From Octopus bimaculoides (Eukaryota): 64,000 bases of DNA. The notes beneath the pieces were generated by a model. The model did no database searches. It was not told where the DNA came from and saw only the letters and a list, made by a program, of their open reading frames with translations. Made by a program: the position numbers and the translations under genes. Shown here in pieces: positions 1 through 10,589 of the stretch. Every line of letters starts with the position of its first letter. Position 1 is the first letter of the stretch. The DNA is taken from the NCBI RefSeq assembly GCF_001194135.2, contig NC_068996.1:53353239-53417238 (forward strand), written 5' to 3'.

Positions 1-417
1 ACCGCCTGACTGCCCTTGTAGGATTTTCGAACGAGATCGTCGCCAGTGCCCCTGGACTGGCTCTTGTGCGGGTGGCACATAAGATGTACCATCCTGAGCG
101 TGACCGTTGCCAGTACCGCCTGACTGCCCTTGTAGGATTTTCGAACGAGATCGTCGCCAGTGCCCCTGGACTGGCTCTTGTGCGGGTGGCACATAAAAGA
201 CACCATTTCGAGCGTGGCCGTTTTCGTAAAAGCACCCACTACACTCTCTGAGTGGTTGGCATTAGGAAGGGCATCCAGCTGTAGAAACTCTGCCAAATTA
301 GATTGGAGCCTGGTGTTGCCATCCGGTTTCACCAGTCCTCAGTCAAATCGTCCAACCCATGCTAGCATGGAAAGCGGACGTTAAACGATGATGATGATGA
401 TGATGATGATGATGATA
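1..417 (+). mobile_element. 3' end of a young RTE-clade LINE (or RTE-mobilised SINE) with a 114-bp tandem unit and (GAT)n tail
   Basis: The unit starting accgcctgactgccc repeats at 1 and 115. The terminal ggagcctggtg...gacgttaaacgatgatg is identical to 13989-14080 and to the reverse complement of 63005-63093. The same 3'UTR follows the RTE ORF end at 13815. Confidence 0.8.
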
Positions 418-424
418 TATATAT

Positions 425-598
425 ATATATATGTGAGCTTCTTTCAATTTTCATTTACCAAATTCAAATACAAGGCTTTGTTTTACCCATAGCTATTGTA
501 GAAGACATTTATCCCAAGGTGTCACACAATAGGACTGAACTTAGAATCTTGTAGTTGGGAAGTAACCTTCTTACCACGCAGCCACACTTCAGAGAATG
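425..598 (-). mobile_element. tRNA-derived CORE-type SINE, family A (octopus OR-like)
   Basis: Reverse complement of the family head tggctgtgtggtaag...ggttcagtccc (A/B boxes) followed by CORE-like accttgggcaagtgtcttct. More than 10 copies in the window. Confidence 0.75.
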
Positions 599-734
599 AC
601 CCAGTATGGCCACTGTTTTAGCAAGAAATATGTGTATAAGTGTAGTCAAGCAAAAATTCAGCACTCTACACAACGCAAACTTTTTCCAACTATATAATGT
701 ATTTATTATAGCATTGAAGACTACATTTGGCATG

Positions 735-902
735 TTCTATATTTTAGAGATGAGGAATTTAGTACATTATTTACATTGGACAGATATGTGTCATCTTGTT
801 TGTTGCTACCACAACGTTTTGGCTGATTTACTCTCCAGCCTTCATCAGGTGTCCTGGTGGAATTTTGAACTCAGCCCTGGGTTCTCATCCTAAGGTATTT
901 TT
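735..902 (-). mobile_element. Penelope-like non-autonomous repeat carrying a degenerate hammerhead motif
   Basis: Homologous to 8105-8290, 10000-10120 and 10892-11069. Minus strand reads acac CTGATGA a ggctg gagagtaaat cagcc AAAA cgtt gtg. Confidence 0.6.
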
Positions 903-1722
903 TGCTGATGTTATTATTATTACTATTATTATTTATTCAAGGCACTGCCTGGAATTGAACTCAGAATGTTGGGGTTAGAAGCTCATGCTCTTAACCATTA
1001 CACTATATGTTGTGGCAACAACTTACAATATCTGTCCGGTGTAGATAATGTAATACATTTGGCATAACTGCAATTTGAATTCACATCCTTAAAATCAGTC
1101 GATATGTTAGCAATGGAGAGAGGTGGGGAGAGAAAGAGCAAAAAGTAAGAGAGAGGGAGTTGAGTAGACAGAAAGTGAAAGAAAAAGGTAGAGAAAGACT
1201 AAAAATGACAAAAAAAATTTATGAAAAGCAGGAGGCGGTGTGGTAAAGATGGACATACACAGAAACATTCTAGAATACAATCTCTCTCTCTATCTCTCCA
1301 TATGCATAGTATATACCTCTCTCCCTCCTCTCTTTAATGCTATCTATTTCTCCTCTCTTGCTTTCTCTTACTCTCTCTCTATCATTACCTATTTCTCTTT
1401 GGCAAGTCAACAGTTTTAGCAAAAAACCTGATTAATACAAGATTCATGTCATATCAACTGATTTGTATTTAAGTGAGAATTAAAATTTATTCTAGCAATT
1501 TCCATTCTTCCTGAGTGTTAAACTAATACACCTGCTTGTTGTTCCTTCACTTGACTTTGTCTTTTGTTTTCGATAAATTTGAACTATATATTTATGTTCA
1601 TGTGACAAACCCTCTTTTTTCAGAGCATTTTTCATAACAAATTTACTTCGTAGCAAATTGTAGTGTGAAGGACTATATTCATTCATGATTGTAATTCAAA
1701 ATTGCTAGAATAAAATTTAAAT

Positions 1723-1795
<73 letters not shown>

Positions 1796-1799
1796 TTAT

Positions 1800-1833
<34 letters not shown>

Positions 1834-1843
1834 NNNNNNNNNN

Positions 1844-2125
1844 GTTTAACGTCCACTTTCCATGCTAGCATGGGTTGGACGATTTGACTGAGGACTGGTG
1901 AAACCAGATGGCGACACCAGCCTCCAATCTGATTTGGCAGTTTCTACAGCTGGATGCCCTTCCTAACGCCAACCACTCAGAGAGTGTAGTGGGTGCTTTT
2001 ATGTGTCACCCGCATGAAGGCCAGTCAGGCGGTACTGGCAACGGCCACGCTCAAAATGGTGTATTTTATGTGCCACCCACACAAGAGCCAGTCCAGGGGC
2101 ACTGGCAACGATCTCGCTCGAAAAT
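1844..2125 (-). mobile_element. RTE-type 3' end / SINE (GAT-tail family)
   Basis: gtttaacgtcc...catgctagcatgggttggacg...ggatgcccttcctaacgccaacc is the reverse complement of the family terminus. Confidence 0.75.
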
Positions 2126-2128
2126 CCT

Positions 2129-2582
2129 TAGGCACAAATGTGGCTGTGTGGTAAGAAGCTTGCTTACCAACCACATAGTTCCAGGTTCAGTCCCACTGTG
2201 TGGTACCTTGGGCAAGGGTCTTCTACTATAGCCTNNNNNNNNNNCTGTGTGGTACCTTGGGCAAGGGTCTTCTACTATAGCCTCAGGTTGACCAAAGCCT
2301 TGTAAGTGGATTTGGTAGACGGAAACTGAAAGAAGCTCGCCATATATATGTATGTATGTATGTATGTATTTGTGCGTCTGTGTTTGTCCCCCACCATCAC
2401 TTGACAACTGATGTTGGTGAGTTTACATCCCCGTAACTTAGTGGTTTAGCAAATGAGACCAATAAAATAAGTACTAGGCTTACAAAGAATAAGTCCTGGG
2501 GGTGGTTTTTTCAACTAAAGGCGGTGCTCCAGCATGGCCATAGTCAAATGACTGAAACAAGTAAGAGAAAAAAAAAGAATAA
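2129..2582 (+). mobile_element. Near full-length CORE-type SINE family A
   Basis: tRNA-like head at about 2135-2195, CORE-like body, and tail ggcggtgctccagcatggcc...gactgaaacaagtaa. Confidence 0.8.
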
Positions 2583-2644
2583 AAGAATATATATATATAC
2601 ACATAAATATATATGTATGTGTCTGTGTGTGTGTATGTATATGG

Positions 2645-3835
2645 ACTGAAATGCCTGGTGATAAGAGGTTCTTGGAAAGACCCATCCAATTTATCAAATC
2701 TGAAAGAAATTTTTCATACACCCCACCCCAATAGACCAAACTATATCTCTTCTCTTCCTCACCATTTTTTCTTTCTCATGCACTATGCTTATCTCTCCTT
2801 CCCCACTCCTGCAGCCCAATCCCGTCCTCACTGCCCTACCCACTGTATCATTACCATCCTGTTGACCCCCACTCCTCTTTACGGTCATGTGAATTTTCTA
2901 CTCCATATTCATGCCCCCTTCGCAATATTCTACCATCCCATTTATATTCTCCTCCCTGTACCTTGAGACTATCCTCTGGCACATCCCTACCATTTTTCTC
3001 TTTCTCTCTCTCTCTCTCTCTTGCACTCTTTTATTCTCTTTCTCATTCTTGACCACTCTATCTGTCTGTCTCTCTTTCTCTCTCTCACTTTCTCTCCCTC
3101 TGACTGGCATAACCACGTATCTCCTCTACAGTAAGACACATGTTTCTGTCCCTCCATCACAATCTAAACTCCGACCACCTGGCACAAGGCCGCCTCCTCC
3201 AACACCACCATCTCTAACAGTCTTTGTCTTGCAAGCTACTTGGTGACCGCATCAGTGCTGCTACCACGCAAAGAGCATCCAATCATGCAATAAAGTGGTT
3301 GGTGTTTGTGAAGGGCAACCAGCTGTGCAAACAATAACAAAGCTGGTCTAGTGCTGCATATTAACACCCAGGCCCATCTGTAAAATGGTTGGCATTAGGA
3401 AGGGCTCTGTCTCCCCACCTCTCTCTATCTTTCTCTCTCTTTCTCTCTCTTTCTCCCTCTCTCTCTTTCTCCCTCTCTCTTTCTCCACCTTCTCTCTCTG
3501 ACCAGGTAACCATGTACCTCCTCTACAACAACACACCTGTTTGTCCCTCTGTCACACTCTAACCTTTTATTATCTGGCACAAGATCACCTCCCCCAATGC
3601 CCCTCCCCTCTCAAAGGAACTTTGTCTTGCAAGTTATTTGGTGACTTTGCAAGTGCTGATGCATCCAGTCCACTTTGTAAGGAGGTTGGTGTTAGGAAGG
3701 GCATCCAGCCATAGAAACCCTGCCAAAACAGACACTGAAGCCTGGTGCAGGCTTCTGCCTGGCCACCTCCTGTCAAACTGTCCAATCCATGCCACCATGG
3801 AAGGTGGATGTCAAACGATGATGATGATGATGATA
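2645..3835 (+). mobile_element. Long pyrimidine-rich 3'UTR plus terminus of an RTE LINE (partly duplicated internally)
   Basis: Matches the reverse complement of 60975-61760 and 28275-28700, which directly follow RTE ORF ends. Ends in ggaagggcatccagc...(GAT)n. Confidence 0.7.
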
Positions 3836-3857
3836 TATATATGCATATAAACACAGA

Positions 3858-4105
3858 TGTAAGCATGGCTGTGTAGTAAGAAGTTTGCTTCCCAACCACA
3901 TGGTTCTGAGATCAGTCTCACTGCATAGCATCTTGAGCAAGTGAGTGGATTTGGTAGATGAAAACTGAAGGAAGCCCATCATGTGTGTGCGTGTCTTCGT
4001 GTATGTTTGCATCCCTGTGACTTAGCAGTCTGACAAAAGATTAATGGAATAAGTATCAGGCTTTACAAAAAAATAATAAGTACCAGGGTTGATTTGTTCA
4101 ACTAC
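3858..4105 (+). mobile_element. CORE-type SINE family A, internally deleted
   Basis: Head catggctgtgtagtaagaagtttgcttcccaaccac; body gtggatttggtagatgaaaactgaagg. Confidence 0.65.
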
Positions 4106-4128
4106 ACTTCTCCAAGATAAAAGATAGA

Positions 4129-4194
<66 letters not shown>

Positions 4195-4380
4195 ATATGT
4201 ATATATATCAGTCGAATAAAGTTAAAACATGGTCTGGTTTTCCCGTTTTTTATTATAGTATTTTAACATTAAAAAAATATTTTGTAATGTTCATAAAATT
4301 CAGTTATTGCTTTCATACATTCGTAGTAATCATCAGATTTCAAAATGTATTTAACCAACAGTAGAGTTCTTGACAACAAT

Positions 4381-4426
<46 letters not shown>

Positions 4427-4595
4427 GCGCACGCACGCACACACACACACACACATTGGTGTTCGGAAAGGCTTCCAGCTGTAGAAATCTTGCTAGATCA
4501 GATTTTGGCTTGCCAGCCCTAGTCAGACCGTTCAACCCATGCCAGCATGGGAAGTAGATGTTAAATGACAATGGATGATGATGATGATGATGATG

Positions 4596-4626
<31 letters not shown>

Positions 4627-5499
4627 CAAGGATATAAAATCCTCTTAAATCCTCATACAAAAATAGTACATATATGTGTGTGTGTGTGTGTGTGTATACA
4701 CACACACATACACAATAGGTTTCTTTGGAATGAGATGATTGGCCACACAACTGTTCGGTCAGTGGTGATTAAGTGAGATTTGATATGGCAGCCTGGATAT
4801 TGCGCCTGTTTTGGCTATGACTTTTTTGGCGACTAGTTTTTGGCATAGCAGACAAACACATACATGCACAAATATACACATTGTATGGGAGGGGGAGAGA
4901 GGGAGAGATTACAGTTTATTAATTGAACAGAACTGACATTAAAACTTTCTCTCCCCTTCTACATATAAAGAGAAATAGGTGTACAGAGAGAGGAAAGAAG
5001 AGGAAGAGTACAAGAGAAACATTAAAATGTATAAAATGTCTCCCATTGCTACAAATCTCACTTCACCTCTTCTCATATGTATAAAGGAAAAAAGCGTAAA
5101 CATTAACAGAGTGAGAGAGAGAGGTTTGCGGCAATGGAAGTCATATAATACTTCTTATATTTCTCTCTCTTTCTCTCTCTCTCTCTCTGATTTTTCTTCT
5201 CACAAAAAATTTAAATTCACAGTCAGCTCTACTTTGTCAAAGATATACAGAAGTCCATTTTGAGAAAGTTTTTCCTTTCCATATTTCATCAATATTTCAC
5301 CAGCCATCACATACATAAAGTGAAGCAGAAAGCTAAGCAAAGTTTAGTAGTCTAGTAATTGAGATTACAAGTTAGGTGTCAACTAGACTAAAAAATGAAA
5401 ATTTTCACAATGCCTAAAGATTCCAAGAGTAAAACATTTGATGCCAACTCAGCATTGAATCAGAAATGCCAAATAAGCAGCACCAAAATGCATGTGTCA

Positions 5500-5890
5500 A
5501 AATGACTCACTGGTTTCTTTCAGTTTTCATGTACTAAATCTGCTCACAAGACTTTGGTTGACATCAAGGCTATACTGGAAGATACATGCCCAAGGTACCA
5601 TGCAGTGGGACAGAACCTAGAGCCACATGATTGGGAAGCAAGTTTCTTAACCACAGATCTACACCTGCACTTTATTACAAAATGATCATCGCTTCTAATA
5701 TAGGCAGAAGGCCTGAAATTTGAGGAGAGGCTCCAATACTTGACTGGTACTTAATTTATCAAGTCCAAAAGGAGGAAAGGCAAAGCTGATCCCAGAGGAA
5801 TTTGAATTCAGAATGTAAAGTCAGACAAAATGCCATATAAAGTATTTTGTCTGGTGTGCTAACGATTCTGTTACTTGCCAGCTTACTTTA
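5500..5890 (-). mobile_element. Two adjacent SINEs on the minus strand: family A (about 5500-5665) and family B (about 5690-5885)
   Basis: Reverse-complement matches to both family consensuses seen elsewhere in the window. Confidence 0.65.
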
Positions 5891-6269
5891 TTACAAAGTA
5901 GTGCAAAAATGCAAATAACAATGTATGTGTGTTTCTAATACCTTGTAATACCTCACAATGATTCTATAAAAAAAAAAAAATTAATGGGAGAATGCTATAC
6001 TTCCATACAGTTTCCCTCTGATGAATTTCACTCACAAGACATTGGCAAATTCAACACTCTACAACATGAAGTGGAATGGAACCTGAAATCATGCAGTTAC
6101 AAAACAAACTTCATAAATACATTTCTATGCCTTGGCTATAAAAGGTGTTCAGGCTAAAGTTGACAGTTTGCAGAAAAGGGGTGGGGTGGGGGGAAACCTA
6201 ATACCCCATCCCAAAATAAGATTATTTAAAAAAATCAAAAATTATCAACTAGATTATGGTTTGGAAATA

Positions 6270-6710
6270 ATAGTTTACTCAAAGTAGCTGCCCTCAGCTT
6301 CCACCATGACCTCAAGACAGCTCTGGAACCTGGTGCATATATTTCTCACTGTGTCTCAGGGAAGATCTTTGAATACCTTGATCTTGGCCACTGGCTCAGA
6401 CTTGGTGTTACAAGCAGAGCAGTTGGTGTCTTTGTCAACTGTGCCCCACATATAGTAATCCATGGGATTATAATCAGGGCAATTAGGAGCCAGAAATTGG
6501 GGATGGTGAAGCTGTAGAAAGTTTCCAACGACCACTTCTGACTCTTTCCGGAGATATGGCAAGGAGCTGAATCCTGCTAGCACATGTTATGACCTTCCAG
6601 CAGGAACTCTCTCTGGCCTGGGATTGATCACATTCTCCAGCAGCTTCACTGAGCTGCCTGAATTGAGTATCAGGTGCTATTCAAAGAAGTGGGGGTGAAT
6701 TCTGGAGTGT
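6270..6710 (-). mobile_element. Tc1/mariner transposase C-terminal remnant (pseudogene)
   Basis: Frameshifted minus frames give QDSAPCHISGKSQKWLLETF, (W)APNCPDYNPMDYYMWGTVDKDTN and RFQSCLEVMVEAEGSYFE*, matching the WPPNSPDxNPxDY motif. Confidence 0.8.
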
Positions 6711-8104
6711 GGACACAATAAGAATGCCTGTTATATACATTTTTAAAGAGCGTGAGAGAGAGTGGGGAAGCAGGGGAAGGAAGAGAGAGAGACACACACA
6801 CACAAACAGATGGACAGATAGACAAACAGACCAATCATTTAATTACAAATAACATAATGAAGCAAAGAGTGACAAACAAATGAAAACATGTAATTGGAAA
6901 AGCATAGAAGTATAAAGCAGAAGAAAAAACAAACAAAGAAATGTACAACGAAGATAATTATATCAAAAAAAGAAATGGAAGAGAATTTAACATTTCAGTT
7001 GATACCGTTTTCTATAAAGATGATACTTTTATCAAAATTAAAAAAGGGGTTGAAATGCAATACTGACCCTGAAAATAATTGAACTTAGAATGTGACAGAA
7101 CATAAATAAAATACTTGTGATACAAATTACAAATTACATTATTATTAGTCTCATTATTATTGTTTCTTTTATTTGCCACTGAGGCAATAATGAGAGGAAT
7201 AACATGATGAGCATAACGTGTAGGGCTACATGAAAAATTGAACTCACAAAATGCTCGAACTATATGTATAGCTGTGGCTAAAAGTACAGGTGTGGCTGTG
7301 TGATAAGAAGCTTGCTTCCCAACCACATGGCTCTGGGTTCAGTCCCACTATGAAGTGCCTTGGGCAAGTGTCTTCTACTATAACTCTGGGACAACTAAAT
7401 CCTTATTAGTAGATTTTGCAGAAATAGACTGAGAGTCATGTTGTAGAATTTCTATATTTCTGTCTTGACATAAAATTCCTGTTTATTTTTTATTCTTTCA
7501 TTATCTATTGACGTCATCAAAAATTAAATACTAAACTGGTTTTTCTTAGGATATTATATTTCTTCTTAACATTCTTTTTGTAGGCATTCATCTATTAGAG
7601 ATATTTTCTTAGTTCACTTTGAATTTAACTAATTTCAGATTGCCTTGATAACGCTGTGTTAGCAAATACTTTCAGATATATTAATTCAACTGGTATTTTA
7701 TACATTTTTCTGTGTCTAAATATGCTGGCATAATAGAAACAATCATTAATTATGTATGGTTTAATCACCAATTAAAGATGTGATTTTCTCCATTCTTATT
7801 CTTGTTGTCTTATACTCTGAGTTTCTTGAAAATCTTCTAAGTGATATTTGGATTAACCTGTCATACGTGACAAATTACTTTCAATGTTTATTGTACTTGT
7901 ATTTATTGGTATCTCATTGTTTTATGTAGTTAAACAAGTTTGTTTAATACTGAGGGCTTTATTGATATCTGTCTGGATTTATTAATCCTTTTTACTTATC
8001 ATGTGTTTATTTTACTTATTGCAAGTGCTACTGGATTACTTAAATCTATATATTGTGACTTAATATACGTTATTTACATTATTTACATTGAACGGATAAA
8101 AAAA

Positions 8105-8290
8105 ATGTTTTTTTTTAAACACCTTAGGAATGAGAAGCCAGGGCTTGGTTCAAAATTCTACCAGGACACCTGATGAAGGCAGGAGAGTAAATCAGCCGAA
8201 ATGTTGTGCTAACAACAAACAAGATGAAGACACAAATGTAAATAATGTACAGAATTCCTCATCTCTAAAATATAGAACTGTGACTTTATA
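8105..8290 (+). mobile_element. Penelope-like non-autonomous repeat (pseudo-LTR-like) with hammerhead core
   Basis: gacac CTGATGA a ggcag gagagtaaat cagcc GAAA tgtt gtgc at 8165-8209. Four related copies in the first 11 kb. Confidence 0.62.
8165..8209 (+). ncRNA. Minimal type-I hammerhead ribozyme motif (one core-adjacent C>T lesion)
   Basis: CUGAUGA and GAAA cores, stem II (GGCAG/CAGCC, perfect GGCTG/CAGCC in the other copies), stem I CAC/GTG, and palindromic AACGTT stem III in the consensus. Confidence 0.55.
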
Positions 8291-8294
8291 TATA

Positions 8295-9125
8295 NNNNNN
8301 NNNNNNNNNNNNNNNNNNNNNNNNNNNNNNNNNNNNNNNNNNNNNNNNNNNNNNNNNNNNNNNNNNNNNNNNNNNNNNNNNNNNNNNNNNNNNNNNNNNN
8401 NNNNNNNNNNNNNNNNNNNNNNNNNNNNNNNNNNNNNNNNNNNNNNNNNNNNNNNNNNNNNNNNNNNNNNNNNNNNNNNNNNNNNNNNNNNNNNNNNNNN
8501 NNNNNNNNNNNNNNNNNNNNNNNNNNNNNNNNNNNNNNNNNNNNNNNNNNNNNNNNNNNNNNNNNNNNNNNNNNNNNNNNNNNNNNNNNNNNNNNNNNNN
8601 NNNNNNNNNNNNNNNNNNNNNNNNNNNNNNNNNNNNNNNNNNNNNNNNNNNNNNNNNNNNNNNNNNNNNNNNNNNNNNNNNNNNNNNNNNNNNNNNNNNN
8701 NNNNNNNNNNNNNNNNNNNNNNNNNNNNNNNNNNNNNNNNNNNNNNNNNNNNNNNNNNNNNNNNNNNNNNNNNNNNNNNNNNNNNNNNNNNNNNNNNNNN
8801 NNNNNNNNNNNNNNNNNNNNNNNNNNNNNNNNNNNNNNNNNNNNNNNNNNNNNNNNNNNNNNNNNNNNNNNNNNNNNNNNNNNNNNNNNNNNNNNNNNNN
8901 NNNNNNNNNNNNNNNNNNNNNNNNNNNNNNNNNNNNNNNNNNNNNNNNNNNNNNNNNNNNNNNNNNNNNNNNNNNNNNNNNNNNNNNNNNNNNNNNNNNN
9001 NNNNNNNNNNNNNNNNNNNNNNNNNNNNNNNNNNNNNNNNNNNNNNNNNNNNNNNNNNNNNNNNNNNNNNNNNNNNNNNNNNNNNNNNNNNNNNNNNNNN
9101 NNNNNNNNNNNNNNNNNNNNNNNNN
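8295..9125. other. Assembly gap (others at 13858-13988, 16930-17456, 22250-22480, 27035-27959, plus 10-N spacers)
   Basis: N runs. Confidence 0.99.
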
Positions 9126-9134
9126 ACTTATTCT

Positions 9135-9890
9135 ATCATTCTCTTTTGCTGAACCGCTAAGTTACAGGGAAATAAACACACCAACATCAGTTGTCAAGTG
9201 AGGGTGTGGAGACAAACACAAACACACAAATACACACACACACACACACACACGCACATGCACACACACACACACACGCACACACACACACACATACACA
9301 CACACACACAAATATGATGGGCTGCTTTCAGTTTCCATCTACCAAATCCACTCACAAGGCTTTGGTCAGCCCAAGGTTGTAGTAGAAGACACTTGCTCCA
9401 AGGTGCCATGTGGTTGGTAAGCAAGCTACATACCATACAGCCACTCTTTGTGTATATGTTTGTCTGTGTACATGTATGTGTGTATATATATATATATATC
9501 ATCATCATCATCATCGTTTAACATCTGTTTTACATGCTGTTATGGGTTGAACGGTTTGAGTGAAGTCTGGAGAGCCAGCAGCTGCACCAGGCTCCAATCT
9601 GATCTGGAAATGTTTCTGCAGCTGGATGCCCTTCCTAACGCCAACCACTCTGAGAATGTAGTGGGTGCTTTTTACATGCCACCGGCACAGGAGCCAATCA
9701 GGCGGGCTTGTTATTGATCGCATTTGGGTAGTGCTTTTCATGTGCCACCGGCATAGGAGCCACTCAGTGGGTACTGGCACTGGCCATGTTTGGATGGTGC
9801 TTTTTACATACCACCATCTTGGGAGCCAGTCAGGTGACCCTGGCATCGAACACATTTCAAACACATTTGGATAGCGCTTTTTATGTGCCA
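9135..9890 (-). mobile_element. SINE family A (about 9135-9440) followed by a GAT-tail RTE-type end with about four ~70-bp subrepeats (9500-9890)
   Basis: Reverse-complement family matches; repeated gtgcttttt(a)catgccaccggcac..gagcc units. Confidence 0.7.
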
Positions 9891-9999
9891 TATATTCATT
9901 TGAATTAGGTACTTAAGTTGAAGCACCAAGTCAGTCTGGTATTATCTGCACAGCTCAAAGTAAGGTGAATAAAATCAAAATAAGTAACAGAATGACAAT

Positions 10000-10120
10000 C
10001 ATTTACATTATTTAAATTTGATGGATATTTATCCTCATCTTGTTTGTTGTTAACACGTTTCGGCTGATATACCCTCCAGCCTTCAATAGGTGTCTTGGTG
10101 AAATTTCAAGGTATTTCTCA
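10000..10120 (-). mobile_element. Penelope-like repeat copy with a mutated hammerhead
   Basis: Minus strand reads gacac CTATTGA a ggctg gagggtatat cagcc GAAA cgtgtt. Confidence 0.55.
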
Positions 10121-10122
10121 AT

Positions 10123-10204
10123 GTTATTGTTGTTGTTGTTGTTGTTGTTTTTGTTGTTGTTTTTGTTGTTGCTGTTGTTGTTGTTGTTGTTGTTGTTGCT
10201 GCTG

Positions 10205-10235
<31 letters not shown>

Positions 10236-10255
10236 AGTGTCAGCGGCAGCGATGG

Positions 10256-10293
<38 letters not shown>

Positions 10294-10295
10294 CT
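10123..10295. repeat. Compound trinucleotide microsatellite (TTG)n-(CTG)n-(GAT)n
   Basis: Directly visible. Confidence 0.95.
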
Positions 10296-10589
10296 TTACA
10301 ATGCAATGAACATGTGTCCACCAAGATATCTTAACTAAACAGTTAAGTACACCTGTTAATGCAGCCCAGAAAGTTATGTTTCATATGTTTGTGAGTTATG
10401 TGTGTGTACGTGCGTATGTTTATTCTACCATCAGAACACTCAAAGGTAGATCAGGACAGAATGTGAGATGCTGATACAGAGAGGATATGAGCCGTGTACA
10501 AGAAGTAAAATGGGAGCCTCAGCCAAACTTACCATGGGCAAAGAACATAAGGACAAACTCTTCTTTCCACCGTTTATTTTAATCTTTAT

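Noticed and set aside
7440-8100. Strand-biased AT-rich tract next to the Penelope-like repeat, possibly a PLE ORF relic
   Set aside because: I could not recover convincing RT or GIY-YIG motifs by eye.
8130-9152. Long ORFs in the track (also 16823-17500, 22090-22515, 26988-27968)
   Set aside because: They consist of X residues from assembly gaps.
9660-9890. Regularly spaced repeats with variable spacers, superficially CRISPR-like
   Set aside because: The context is eukaryotic, there are no cas genes, the spacers are related to each other, and the units belong to a retroelement 3'UTR.
10040-10334. Poly-Leu / poly-Cys / poly-Asp ORFs
   Set aside because: These are translations of trinucleotide microsatellites; the same holds for the many YIYI, CVCV and HTHT ORFs.
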